A DNA stretch of 64,000 bases, from contig RHPI01000773.1 in NCBI GenBank assembly GCA_009103225.1, forward strand, positions 86,003-150,002, given 5' to 3'. The notes under the pieces were generated by a model. It was given only the letters and a program-made list of their open reading frames with translations. It was not told the origin of the DNA and searched no databases. The DNA is from Chlorokybus atmophyticus (taxonomy: Eukaryota; Plantae; Mesostigma and Chlorokybus algae). Below are positions 14,734 through 28,391 of the stretch, one piece after another. A program made the translations under genes and the position numbers. The first letter of the stretch is position 1. The number at the start of each line of letters is the position of its first letter.

Positions 14734-17179
14734 CCATCCGTCAAATCAGCCAAGCACAAGGTTCATCCGTGAAGACGAACAATGCAATGTGAGAGGTGAC
14801 TATTGTGTGCAGCGCCTGACCTCATTGTGCAAGATCGGAGGGACGGATGTGCTGCTGGGGACTGCTTATTGTACGCAGCCGCCGCCGCCTCCTGATCTCA
14901 AGCGTGGCCGCCTAGCCAGGTTCAGCTGTAAGTACGCTTCTGCGAAGCAAACAGCTGGGCAAGAGGCGCGACGACACGCAATCGGGTGCCTCTCCTCTCT
15001 CCTGCGGCTGCTCCTTCTTCTCCTTCTGGCTCTCCTTGTTGTCCTCCTCCTCCTTTACACTGGCGCTTGACCAACCCCGCAGACCGCTCTTGATCCTGCT
15101 CCTGCTCCTACGTCTTGATTAACACGAACAAGTAAGCCTCATGCTGTGCGCAGCTTGGAGCCTCTACAGCAGCACCCACCGCCACCGCCACCGCCACCTC
15201 CGCCTCCCCACAGCCTGTGGGCTACAGGCCAGGCCAGACCAGGCCAGCGCGGGCCAAAAATGAAAACAATAAACCAGCAGATTTTGCACGCAAACGGAAC
15301 GGTGAAAGGATTGTGCGCTTTTGCAGCGGGCGACAATTGCTAACTGTAACGACAGGTTACGTGCGTGGGTCATGTGACATGACTGTGTCACTAGACTCAT
15401 CACGCCTTGTAGGCGCCACTAGACGAGTCATGTGACTGACATCATGTAAGTCACATCACATCATGTGAAGTGTGCTATCATGTGTCGTGAAGATATTATC
15501 AAATGCGCATGAGAAACGCACTTGCAAGTGGCAATAACGATAATTATACACGTGATGATTAAACATGTGAATATATGGTATACGAAGTACAAGTAACATG
15601 TGCATAATAAGATGATGATCTTTGAGAATATTGGTGTGACACCCATAGTACAAACCATAGTCAATTCTGCGTAGAGTTAAATTGCAGTTTAACAATTTGG
15701 TATTATAAGCAGCAAAATCAATAAAGTGCATTATTAACGCATAGTAATTATATACTTAACCGAAGCCACTTGGTATATAATTTTTGATTGTAATGGGATA
15801 CTACGGTAATTAGTGTAAATCAAGGGTATGCAAGCTATTATATTTGTACAAATTTGTATAATGTTATGCGTTGCATGATATGCTGCGTGCTAAATGTCAA
15901 CACTGAAAACCGCATGTGTAACATGCAACCATTGTGTTAAGAGTCTTGTGCAACGTATACAAGCTCTTGCATACGTTGCATTGGTACAAGTTTGTACATC
16001 GATGCACTTTATGATGTTATGCGTGGACATATATACGCACATGTGTACACAAAGTCTGACGGAATTTGTTGAATATGTATGTATATAGGCATTATGTATG
16101 CACAAGCATCGAATGCGGCGCGAGTCTTGGTGCTCGCAATGCGAGTAAACACTTGAGTCAGTCACCATTACAATTATTATAATTAAAATACAATGCTGAT
16201 ACTACATGACGTTGTTTGTGTAATACGTGCAATTTGCACACTTTATATTATATGTTGCATCATTGAAAACTTCATAACATCCTTCTGCAACCAAGCTCTT
16301 TTTCTTGAAACAAGTACATTGGTAAAATTCAGGGACGATGTCGCTGCACTTGTGATTGCAGCGCTTATCGCTTCACACTTGCCGAGATATTTGAACAATG
16401 GTTTATTATTATGTTCATTACTACGTTCGATAAGTCATGTGCAATACTTTGCAATGCATATAGAGTTAAGACAGCCTTAAAACACTTTGGGTGGGCTGGA
16501 TCAATTGATTAGCACACATGTTAAGATTGCTGTTGACCAGCATTACCCATTTGGTAACTTCATCAGTTTTACAAAAAGCCTCAAACGGGGGGTGAGTGTG
16601 CCGTACAGCCATGGGATGACAAGCTCTAATCTTGTACCCAGCCCCGCGACTCGACACGCGGCGCGGGTCTGGCAGGCTTTGATATACCGGTGAGGCGCCA
16701 GAGCGGCTTAAATAAAGATAAACGTTGTTGACAAAGCGAGTTGAGTTGCGGTTGCGATTAGGGTTTCCGTTTTCATGAATTGCGGGCGCGAAATGGAGGC
16801 AGTGACAGCGACAACCGCAGTAATGCGCGCGTGGGCGCGGGCGTGGCTGGCGCCGTCGCCGTTGTTGTCCTCGTCTTTGGCGGTGCCGGCGTCGCTGTGG
16901 ATGTCTTGTCTCGCTGTTCCTGGGAGAATGTGGAGCTAGAGGGAGAGGGATTCAGGACGAAAGGTATTACCTGTGTGATTGAGAGTGCTTTTCCCGGCGC
17001 CGCCGCCGCCTTTCTCTCCCCCCCTCCGCCCGGTGAGGAGGCGAGGAGGGCGGGGGAGGAGCGGGCAGGCGGGCGGGGCGGAGGCGGCGGTGGCGACGAA
17101 GCGGGTCCGCGAGGAGGGCCCTGCCGCAGCAGCAGCCGGGGCCCAGCAGCACCAGCAGGCGGCTACCAGAAGGCGGCCC

Positions 17180-19635
17180 ATGCTGCTGCGGGGTGCAGGC
17201 CAGCAGCAGCAGCAGCGCCTCAAGGTCGCGCTCCTCTCCTCCTCCTCGCTCGGCGGCGGCGGCAGCGGCAGCCCCAGGAGCAGCAACAGCAGCGGGAGCG
17301 CAGGAGCAGCGGATCAGGATATCTTTGGGGACGTTATGGCGGCGGCGACTGCGGCCACCAGCGCCGCCGCCGCCGCCGCCGCCTCGGGGGCACTGCCCAA
17401 GCATGCGGCGGCGAGGCTGAAGCTAGACGAGCTGTTTCTAGCATGGGTAGCTTTACCAGAAGCACAGCGTCTGGTATTGCAGCTGCTTGAGGATGCTCGT
17501 GAGGGCCGCCCGCTGGCCATCCCACCACAGCAGCCCGCTTCATCGCCGGCGGCAGTTACACCAGGCGCCCAGCAGCAATCGCCCCTCTCCCTGAGCGCCG
17601 GCGGCCGTGTGGTGGACCTCTTTGGCCCGCCTGTTTCCCCTAAGAAGGCCAACCAGCAACAACAACCACTACAACAACCCCTCTCCCCACCCAAATCGCC
17701 TCTTGCTGCAGCTGAGGCGTTAGCGTTGGCCTTTGCCGTCCCTACCACCACCCTCCTCACCAGCAACAACAACAACAGGCGGCGCCACTCCATCAGCGAG
17801 CCCAGGCCCCCGCAGCTACAACAACAACAACAGCAACAAGCAGGAGAAGAGGAGGCGCAGCGACCCGTCCCGCAATTCTACTGGCCCGATGGCCGCCCAG
17901 AGGAGGCTGAAGCCATGGATGCTGAAGCTACCAGGCTGGAAGCGCTCTTCACCCCGCATGACGAGGCCGGTGGGATGCCTCTGCAGGACTTTGCCACCTC
18001 TGTCGTGCGTGACGCACTCAACCTCCCTGCCTTTTTCGCCCGCCCTCTCGCAGAACGCCTCGCCACATCCTCCTCAGCCTCGCAGTCGCAGGAGGGCCAA
18101 CCCGCAGACAGCAGCAAGCCGCCCCCCGAGCGCACAACCACCGGCCCGCGCGTCACAGCCAAGGTACATCCTTGTTTATATGGTTGGAATGAAGTGTGCA
18201 GTACAGCGTTTCGATGCCATGTTGCTTTGTTGTACAATTAAACTGTTGGCGTTTTGCATTTGCATGTCAGAGTTGACAGCATGCAGAGGGTAGACACAAG
18301 ACTGCACCATGTTCCAGCTTGTCACTCCTAGGCGTTCATCCATGTCGTTGCTTCAGTCAGCATGTTGTTTGTGTTGTGTTGAGTGACGTCCAATGCCGTG
18401 TTGCTTTGCCGAGGGTATCATGTTGCTGGTTCACTCTCAACATGTCGTGGTAGATTGCATGCAGTAGTGGTAAAGTCAATGCAAGCTTCAATTGCAGTGA
18501 GAATGTACGATGCATTTTGTGTTTCTTTCAGATTAGCCATGTGCAACAGCTTGACATATGTGTGGATTTGCATGCATTGGCTGTGCTTATTTTCATGTGC
18601 TGTATGCAGGCGTTCATGTCGTGGTGGAGGGGCAATAAAGTTGCACGCATGGACACGGAAGCGCGGATTGTTGAGGTGCTGCGTGCTCCAGGCCACACAT
18701 ATCTGACAAAAGAGGACTGGCGTCCTGTAATGCGCGAGCTGCTGGACACGCACCCCGGGCTGGAGTTCTTGCATGACACGCCCGAGTTTCAGGAGCGCTA
18801 CGCTGAGACAGTGATATACCGTGTGTTTTACGGCGTGAACCGCGCTGGCAACGGTCGTATGACGTCACGCGAGATGCGTCGCAGCAACCTGGCGGCAGCT
18901 TTGCGTCAGGTGGACGCGGAGGAGGACATCAACCGCGTGCTGGCCTACTTCTCGTACGAGCATTTCTATGTGATCTACTGCAAGTTTTGGGAGCTGGACA
19001 CGGATCATGACTTCCTTATCGACCGCGAAGACCTGCTGCGCTATGGCAACCATGCGCTGACGTACCGCGTGGTGGACCGCGTGTTCGCGCAGGCGCCGCG
19101 CAGGTTCTCACGCCCGCCACCACCCGGCTCCCCCCCGCGCATGGCTTATGAGGACTTTGTGTGGTTCATCCTGTGTGAGGAGGACAAGACCACAGAGCTG
19201 TCATTGGAGTACTGGTTCCGGTGCGTGGACCTGGACGGCGACGGGGCCATTACGCCCTCGGAGATGCACTATTTTTATGAGGAGCAGCTGCACCGCATGG
19301 AGTGCCTCAGCCAGGAGCCCGTCCTGTTTGAGGATGTCGTGTGTCAGATGGCCGACATGATTGGACCCGCCGCACCTGGACGCATCACACTCGCCGACCT
19401 CAAGCGATGTCGCCTTGCAGGAAACTTCTTCAACGTGCTCTTCAACCTCAACAAGTTCATCGCGTTTGAGACACGAGACCCCTTCCTCATACGCCAGGAG
19501 CGAGAGGACCCTTCACTCACGGATTGGGACCGGTTTGCGCGCTCGGAGTATGTACGCCTTAGTATGGAGGAGGGAGAGGATGCGTCCAATGGGTCCGCAG
19601 AAGTGTGGGAAGAGTCCCTCGAAGCCCCCTTCTAG
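17180..19635 (+). CDS. Protein phosphatase 2A regulatory subunit B'' (EF-hand, PR72 family)
   Basis: [105 protein letters not shown]. Intron 18164-18609. The start codon is uncertain (17180 or 17337). Confidence 0.93.
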
Positions 19636-20037
19636 TTTGAAATCACTTGCGCAGCAAACGTTGCTTTCACAGTTGGTTGATGAATGCCAGCATGTTGATA
19701 TCTTCCTAATCTGAGCATTTTCATGCTCTCTTGTCGCTTCTTCTATGCACTGTGGTTCTGAGAGTGCTGCTGTCTGTCTGATCGATCTGATGAGCAGCAG
19801 CCTTTCTCAACACTTGCAACACAGTGACTGCAATGCTTCAGGGACGGTTCCGTGTTGGGTGTTGTCATGAGTAGCACAGCGATCATGTTTCAAGCTAATA
19901 ACGAGTTTAGCCCTGCACTCAGCAAACCCTGCTTTCCTGTTTGCTCACGTATGAACAAGACAGCACACTCACTATCCCAACTGTGAGTGTGCTGCCATGC
20001 CACTGCTGTGAAGTGTGAATACCATGAAGCGGCCAGC

Positions 20038-20081
20038 CAGTGTGTCAATCACAGTGCCATGCCACTGTGATTGACACACTG
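20038..20081. repeat. Perfect 19-bp-stem hairpin with 6-nt loop between convergent 3' ends
   Basis: cagtgtgtcaatcacagtg-ccatgc-cactgtgattgacacactg. Confidence 0.9.
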
Positions 20082-20297
20082 CTGGGCAAACGCACTTGCT
20101 CAGAAGTGCAGCTCATACCAACATTGAAGTGCCAGTGTTCCCTTCCTCTAGACCTGACCACAAAGTCCTGATCGACATGACATCACTGTGCTGCATGGGG
20201 AGAGTGCTCCAACAGCCAATCAGCAGTAGCAATAGCTAGATTACCATTGAGTCGCATCAATATTTTACAAGTCCTGTGCAATGCACAAGGGCAAGTG

Positions 20298-21779
20298 CTA
20301 TCTTTGCGCGCTGGATGTTGATGAGGGCGTGGCAGCCGGCGCGGTCAGGAGCGGGAGCTTCTCCTCGTCTGCATCATCGTCTGCATGGGCGTGGGGTTGG
20401 TGATGCTTCTTGCCGGCGTCGCGGGCTTTCATCTGCTGCAGTTTGGCGTAGTTGTACCAGCACACGGCGAGGAAGGCGAGGAAGTAACCTGCAAGGTTGA
20501 GCGCAGACACGGGGGCAGCGAAAAGGAGTGATGAGAGCGCAATTAGGAGCCAATCCTTGACCACGCCGGCCACGTTCATGGTGAGGGCGGAGGTCTTGCC
20601 TATAAGGAGGAAGACGGCGAGGTTGAGAAGGAAAGCAACGGATGCGTTGGATAGGAACACACCCGCACCGAAGCGCACGCCTCGGCCATGACCTGCGGCC
20701 TCGGCCTCGGCCAAAGCCATGATGAAAGGCAGCTCAAAGTACGCGAAAGCCGGCAGCAAGAAGGCGAAGCAGCAGGGTGAGATGTAGTAGAGACTCGTGA
20801 TGGGGTTCATCGTGACGCCGCGACTCGTGAGTAGGATCTGCACGAGGACGAGGCGTGAAGCCTCGCACGCTATGGCCGCCAGCTGCATGGTGAAGCCTGT
20901 CGCGTCAAAGAGCACCTCCCCGAACGACGCGATGGCCACGCCAATCGATATCACCACCATGTTGAGCATCGTCGCGGGGGAGTACGTCTCCTTCTTAAAG
21001 AAAATGCCAACCGAGTACACGGCCACGGGCATCAATGCCTTCAGCATCTGGATGAAAGACACCGACAGGTACAGGTACGCCGAGTTGCTAAACCAAAGGC
21101 TCGCAGCGTACAATGCGCCGATTGGCATCACCTGCGCGTGTGGTTGTGTGAATGTGTATACACACGTGTATGCACTTCTTTCTGTGTGCATGAGACTTGA
21201 ATCTTGTTTGCGCATGCCATCTCAATGCCAACCAGCAAAGGCGGTTACCATGTTACCACCTTACTGACGCTCAAATGCACACATGCTTCGATGCTACTAT
21301 ATACACGAGGCGGGGGGGAGCGTGAAGAGAGTGTATGAGCACACACACTCTCTGTCTATGCATGTGAGCTTGTGTGCGCGCATGTGTATGTGCCCATGCA
21401 CACTGCACAGCGCAGTGAGCGCAATGTCATCATGTACACAATACTTGCAATTCGCAAGTGTCAATGGGACAGTCCAGTGGGGGTCACGCACCTGGCGAGT
21501 ATACTGGTGGGCGGTCATGGATTGGAGCGGTTTCACGATGCCGAGGACTCGGACGGCGACAAAGGCAAGCACAGAGCAGAATGCCATGTGGAACAGCGTC
21601 AGAGCCAGCGGGAAGGGGAACGCGTAGAAATACAGCACCCACTTGTTGTACAGGATCACCGCCGCCGACAGCCCGATCCACAGCGCCACGTACATGTACG
21701 AGTGTGCTATCTCCCTCGCCAGACTCTTCGACGCCCCATCCCCGACAGGTGTCGGCTCCCCTCCGCCGCCCGCCGCCAT
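20298..21779 (-). CDS. Triose-phosphate transporter family / nucleotide-sugar transporter (plant 'probable sugar phosphate/phosphate translocator' type)
   Basis: [98 protein letters not shown]; two exons. Confidence 0.92.
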
Positions 21780-23365
21780 CGTGGCAGGCGGCGGCGACGG
21801 CGGCCTAGTCGTGGTCGGGAAGTTTGTTGTCGTTGTGGTTGTAACTGGTTTGGTTGTAAGCACGGCCTGGTATACGCATATGCAATGCGATTGCTTATGC
21901 GCGATTGCCCATTCACAGATGCTCTCCGAGCTGGACTGCACCCAATCTTCACTCTCCATGTGAACCAGACCGTTTGTTGCAGACTCAAATTGGTGATGAA
22001 AAGCTTGTGGAAGCTTTTTAACAAGTACCGCAAGGTAAGGTGAGAAAATTGCTAGCTTACTGCAAATGATACTGCTAACATAACGTTTATTTCTATATGC
22101 ATGTTCATTAACCCTCGTTTAGCAAGCCAATTTATGTCGTGTTTCACGTTGATACTTTGTGTGGTGTGTCGTGTGTGACATGTTGTTTCTATTAACTCTG
22201 TTAAGGATTATTGTGTTCAACACGTGTGAGTACAGGTCTTGCATTTGTTCATGCTATGTGCAAGTTGCACACGCATTCACGACGTGATTCAAAATGGTTT
22301 ATCAATTTTTAAAGGTTTGCCACATTCATGAATTGATATTACAATATATTAAGAGTAATAATTCAATGATTACAATCATGTTTACGAATATTCACGCACT
22401 TGCAAGTGCGTACCCCCACATGTATAAATTGTATGTTGTTCTTGTAGTCGTGCATTATTTAAATATAGTGACATGTATGGTATATATGATTCTGCATTGC
22501 GTGATTGCAATCCGTCATGCGTATGTCATTCACAAATGTAAACCATGATATCAACGATAAACAATTCACTCACTTTATTTTTGAATTAGCCGCGACCTTA
22601 CGATAACCATCAACAAAAATCCGCTTGATCAAATGCATTGGTGAAAGTCATTTTTGTCAACAATAATCACTTTCACCAATTGACCACATGCAATTTCCAA
22701 CCACAAGCGTTTGATACTAGTATATTAATTATAATAATCTATAGCTTTTTACGCGGCATATGGTTAAGTGATGACACGAAATGTAACAAACAAATATGAC
22801 AAGAAGTTCACATGTGTAAAATAAATATTTGTCAATTTCTTCTTAGCTTTTGAAATTATCACGCAGCATTGCGATGCGTTTCAAGTCTTTTATGTCACAA
22901 AGGTTTTAAGTTAACTGCATTGCTATTTTCAACTGACCATAGTTGGTGGCCAAGTACGCAATAGCTATACAAAATTGCGCAGTTTACCATAAACTTTACG
23001 AACATTAACTTCTTGCAACCAAGGAGCCGATGATCCCCAGCTAAGCCGCAAAGCTAAATTACCAAGCAAGCACAGCCCAGTGTTATGATGGTTGAAAATG
23101 GCAATAAGAGTATAGTGTGTTGGGTAAGAGTTGGGTTTTGTTGTCAGAGTACACAAATGATGCATACGCGTACCCATTACTGTGCCGGTACTACACGCAC
23201 ACACGATCTAGCATACCACCTTTTGTACGCACACAAAGCTGTCACCACACATCCCACATTATGCAAGCATCTCGTGTGGACAATGTCAATGCATGTGCCC
23301 ATTGCTCTTCGCATTTCTGTACACACCATGCGCGTGCGGTGGGATGCAGCAGCGACATATGGTGA

Positions 23366-24114
23366 TCAGAAGAGGATTGGCACGAGCGCGCGTCTTGAGG
23401 CAGGGTAGTCTTCTTTGAACTTTTTGTGATACCATGCATGGGTGTGTCGTGCGGCGAGGGCCAGGTTGGCCACCACCCATGCCAGCAGCAGCCACAGCGT
23501 CACGTTGCGCACACCCGCCACCATTAGCAACCCTACATACAGCACCTGATAATGCCATTGTTGCGTGTCACACGACAGACTGGACTCAACTGGACTGTGT
23601 TACGAAGGGTGTCAACGACCCAGCGCTTACGATCTCAAAGGTGTAGTGTGGGCACGACACCAGCTCAAAGGCTCCGCCACGCGGCACCGCATAGTTACCC
23701 GCGCTCTTATTGCTGCTGCTGCCCGCATGCCTCCTCAACGCTGCCTGTAAGTTTGCACGCGTTTGTTGCAATTGGCAATCGGTGCCAATATGGTCTGACT
23801 GTGGATCCTTACCAGCCGCTTGTGGCAGTCATGCTGCCCGAGCATGGCGATGAGGTACAGCGCGACGCCCACCAACTGCCTCCACCACGTCTCATCCTGT
23901 TGTGTCAACAGCAGATGACGAAGCTGCGGCATAAAATGCATGCCAGCAAAATTAGACATATGTAATGCTCACCTTATGGCGGGTGGCTTCATCCGCGTTC
24001 TTTATGAGAAGCAACTCTGCCACAAGTGTCACTGGCACAAGCATATAATAGCTGCGCCAAGGAGACAACAAGTGGCAGATGAGCATCTCCCTCCTCGTAA
24101 CACTCAAAGACACA

Positions 24115-24164
<50 letters not shown>

Positions 24165-24951
24165 TACAAGACTTCAGTACCATAGCCCGAATGCGTAGCC
24201 GGCCAAGTGCATACGTGCAGTGGCGGGCGGGTAGCTCATGACGCGGGCTGTCTCATACAGGCGCCGCGCCGCATGCAACTCGAACAGCAACAGCACTGCT
24301 GTGCTGTAGCCGTATCCGAGGCCATGCACGTGGTTCACATTTAGAACGACAAACAGCAGAACGAGTGGAGTCCAGACGCACGCCACCACGTAGAAATGCG
24401 CAAACCATGACTGCGGCACGCTCACAGACTGCGCAGGCGGGAAGTGCAGTGGTAGTAAGTAGCTGCATCCATCATACTCGACACGTGTAGAACAATATCC
24501 CATGCATGCTGTGGACAGTTGAAGACTACGTGAGGTGAATACGATGCATGCTCGTGGTCAGCCTGCCTTTGGTAAGACAGCACAGTAGCTACTTGCGTTA
24601 AGCAGTAAGGCACGAACCAGCAGCATAAACTGGATGCTGTGCAGTGAGCAATGGCTGCTGCTATGCAGGCTTGTGAGCGATTGATTGCAAAATGTAAACG
24701 CACAAGCAGCAATTACGCATACAGTAAACGCACATGACTATATACACATGAGCACTGACCCACAGTTGGGAGAGGAGCGGGCGGGCTTTGTCTGCCTTGT
24801 CGCCTGCAGCCGCTGCTGGTGACCACAGCTTACCGCGCGCTGCGGCGGCGGCGACGAGGGCGGGGAGGCGGCCACGAGGTAAAAATCCCAGCGCCGCCCC
24901 ACACGTCGCCGCCGCCCACCACGCCCTCAGCAGCCACAACAACCAGGACAT
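23366..24951 (-). CDS. Polyprenol reductase (SRD5A3/DFG10-type steroid 5-alpha-reductase family)
   Basis: ARGKLW, VPQSWFAHFYVV, ELHAARRLYET, MHLAGYAFGLWY, YAVPRGGAFELVSCPHYTFEI, VVANLALAARHTHAWYHKKFKEDYPASRRALVPILF*. Confidence 0.85.
24117..24160. repeat. (CA)n microsatellite in an intron
   Basis: About 22 uninterrupted CA units. Confidence 0.95.
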
Positions 24952-25028
24952 AGCCGCCGCCTCGTAGTTGTCGTGGGCGAAGGAGGACGAGGAGCAGGAG
25001 CAGGAGGAGGCGGCGTTGCGGAAAGGGG
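24952..25028. promoter_or_regulatory. Probable bidirectional promoter between polyprenol reductase and HRD3/SEL1L
   Basis: 77 bp between the divergent predicted ATGs (24951 and 25029); both starts are predictions. Confidence 0.45.
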
Positions 25029-28000
25029 ATGGGCGGCGTTGCTTCTCCCCAAGGTGGTTTTAGAGCAACAACAGCAGCAGGCGCGCACAGGCTGCGGCAA
25101 CACTGGCGGACACCTCTGCAGAGACGGAGGCGGCTGCTTCTGTTCCTCCTGCTGCTGGTGGGCGTGCTGCTCACTCCCTCAGACGGTAAGGCAGGAACGG
25201 CACAAACAACAAGTTATAACCAACCTCTTTTCAATGTGGTACAAATTGCAGTCTGCATGGCGCCGCAGCACATAGCTTGCCTCCACCGCTGCAGGTGGCT
25301 CGGTGTTGTTAATTGCTGTTAACTTAGAGTGGCGCACGGTAGACAGGACGCATTCACACATCATAGTGACTAGCAACATCCACAATGTCCACTGCACCAA
25401 AGGAGTGAATATCCGCTGTCTGCCATGTAGTAATTCCATGCAATTTGGATCAAGCTGGCCACGACTTGTAAGCCAACGACCAGCTGTAGACTTAATGTTT
25501 TTAAGTAAGCTGACAACAATCGCACACGCATGCTGACTATAACAAGCAGTCAACTGTCACTGCCAAAAAACGCAGCTGCATTGCTGCTGGACAGCTGTGC
25601 ACCTTATGTGCACTTCAAGGTGCACAGCTGTCAAGCAGCAGTCAGTTGGTTAAGCAGTCTGCAAACTTTGAGCATTCGAACTGCCGAGTATGCACGTCAT
25701 GTTGAGTTTGCAAGAAGCTTTCTAGACTGTATTGTCATTGGCAGGTGTGTTGTGCTCGGCCAGAGCTGAGCCAGACGAAAGTGAGGAGGCGCACTACAGC
25801 AGCAGTGCAACTGCAGATGGAGAACAGGTCTTAACACAGGTGCCAGATCAAGGGGACGCAGCTGCGCTGCACACTCACCATCACCATGATCATGATGAAG
25901 ACCAAGCATACGTACATGCACAGCAAATCCACCATGACATGGCGGAGCGCAGCTCGCAGGTACGGCAAGTTTACCAAGGCACTTTGTTGACAATACTCCA
26001 ACCACTGGCTTTGCTCTCATCACCTACACACAGGACGGCGCGAGTGCTCCACCTCGCAGATATGTGGCGCATCTAGACGATTATGGCTACGACCATACTC
26101 ACTCGCACTACGACGACTACGCAAGAGAAGACGCAGCAGTCTATCACGATGCTCGGTTGTTGCCGGGCGACTTTGGTAGTGTGGAGGGTGGCGTGGACGC
26201 GGAAGTGTTGGACCTGACTGTGGACGCCGCATACGACCGTGCGTACGAGGCTGAAGCGCAGCACTACAGTGACGAGGATGATGTTGATCATGCAGCTTTT
26301 CAGGAGGCGGAGGACCAATTGTACGACATTGAGGAAAAGCTGGTAAGTCGAATGTCACGGCACGTTGCTGCTGTTGCTGCTTTTGGCACATGATGATTAC
26401 TCTCAGGATGTGCCGTGCAGTATGCCAATGCAACCATGCGCGACATTGCTTGGGCGGTGCAAGAGCTGAAAGCCTTTGCGGAGGGCGAGGACGCGGCCTT
26501 ACGCATGGAGGCGTCGACGAGAGGGCAGGCGTTGTTTCTTCTTGCGGTGCTGTCGGCAACGGGGTACGCGGGTGAGTTGCACCCACGTGACGAGCAGGCC
26601 GCGGTGGCCTACCTGCATGCTGCGGCGGAGGCGGGCTGTTCCGAGGCGCGTATGGCCATCGCGTCGCGCCTGCTGGAGGGCCGGGGCTACGCCTTAGATG
26701 ACGCCAACTGCACGTTGGCGCTGCCCCACATGAAGGCGGCGGCGCTGGAGGCTCTCGAAGCTGCGGAGGCCGATGGATTCTTTCACCTTCCAGGTTAGAC
26801 TGTTTCTCAACTTCAAACTTGTTGGGTTAGTATTTATGCTAAATCTCTCTGTCTCTCTCTTCTCTAATACTTCCATCACCCTCCAGACACGCCCGTGCTG
26901 CTGCGGGAGAGACTTCGTGACGCGGGCTATGATGCGCGCGTGGCACCGGAGCTGCTGCAGGTTCGCGAGGAGGAGGAGCTGGAGGCCGGCGTGGCCGCGG
27001 GTGGGGATGCCGCTGCCGTCGCGCGCAGGCACCTCGGTTACAGACGGCTGGTGGGTGGGCGAGGAGTCCCGCGCGATGCGGAGGTTGCGCGCAACGAGTT
27101 TGAGGCAGCGGCGGCTGCGGGCGACGAACTCGCCGCATTCAACCTCGGGTACCTGCACATGCAGGGTGTTGGGATCGAGGGAGGCTCCAACTACACTGCA
27201 GCCAAGCGGTGGTTTGAGGAGGCCGCGCGTGCTGGCGTGCCCGCTGCGCACAACGGGCTTGGAGTTTTGCATTTCAATGGTTGGGGAGTAGATCGCAACG
27301 TTACCCGCGCCAAGGAGTTCTTTGAGGCCGGCGCTGCCGACGACGACCCGGATGCGCTTTTTAACCTTGGCACCGTGTATGCCGCCGGGCACGGCACGCC
27401 TCATGATGACGGTGCCGCGGTCGCCCTCTACACGCGCGCCACCGACGCAGGCCACTATCGTGCCCCATACGTGTTGGCAGGCATGCATGCGTTAGGGCAG
27501 GGCGTGCCGCGGCCGGACTGCAAGCGGGCTGTCGAGCTGTACCGCGTTGTTGTGGAGGAGCGCGGCAGCTGGGGTCCTGACATGGAGGACGCCGTGGCCG
27601 CCCTTGACGCTGGAGACAGCTGGGGGGCCCTCCTGCGCTACGCGCTCGTGGCCGAGCAGGGCAGCCCCGACGCCGCCGCCAATATGGCGTACGTGCTGAG
27701 GTACGCCCCCCCGCCATTGCCGCGCGCAGCTGCGTGGCTCCCGACAGGCGCGGGCGACAGGTACGTACTGGCACTGGAGGCGGCGGAGATGGCTGCATCT
27801 CGTGACGCCAAAGAGTGGCTCATTGAGGCGGGGAACCTCCACTACAAGGGTCTGGGTGCCGTGCCTATCAACACCACACGTGCGGCGGAGCTCTACGCTG
27901 CCGCAGCCAACCAGTCTCTCGCAGAGGGCATGTTCTCCCTCGCTTGGTGTTGCCAGCACGGGCAGGGTGTCGCCAAAGACATGCGCAGGGCACGCGGCCT

Positions 28001-28391
28001 GTACCTTGATGCAATCGCCACAAACTCGCAAGAGCTCCTGCCATCGGCACTTGCGCTCGTCTGGCTGCACGCGCAGTGGGCGTTCGAAATTGCTTTCGCC
28101 AGCCATGCGGCAGCGAGCATGGGGGACGCTGCTGTGTTGATTGTGCTGACGTTGGCGCTGGCAATTGTGCTGGCGCGCCTGGTAATGCGCGCACCCGCAT
28201 TGAGCGTGCAGCTGAGGCATCCACCAGAAGAGCAGCACCAGCAGGTAGCACCTGTTGCACGGAGGAGACATCGGTTGCTGCGGTGGTTGCCCTGGCTGTC
28301 GTTTTGTGCATTCTTTGCTGCTGCCTGCATTGGTCTCACCATGTTTGCGACCGGCCCCAGAGAACGACTTAGAAGAGGGTTGATTGAATGA
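25029..28391 (+). CDS. HRD3: ERAD component HRD3/SEL1L-like (signal peptide, His/Asp-rich extension, SEL1 repeats, C-terminal TM region)
   Basis: Signal LLLFLLLLVGVLLT. SEL1 repeats AAFNLGYLHMQG, AAHNGLGVLHFNGWGVDRNVTRAKEFFEAG, DALFNLGTVYAAG. The HRD3-typical segment VVEERGSWG...ALLRYALVAEQG..AAANMAY is present. Five exons. Confidence 0.85.

Noticed and set aside
15527-22407. Shared 15-mer acgcacttgcaagtg in two AT-rich intergenic regions
   Set aside because: A 15-nt match is expected by chance in 64 kb, and the flanks do not align
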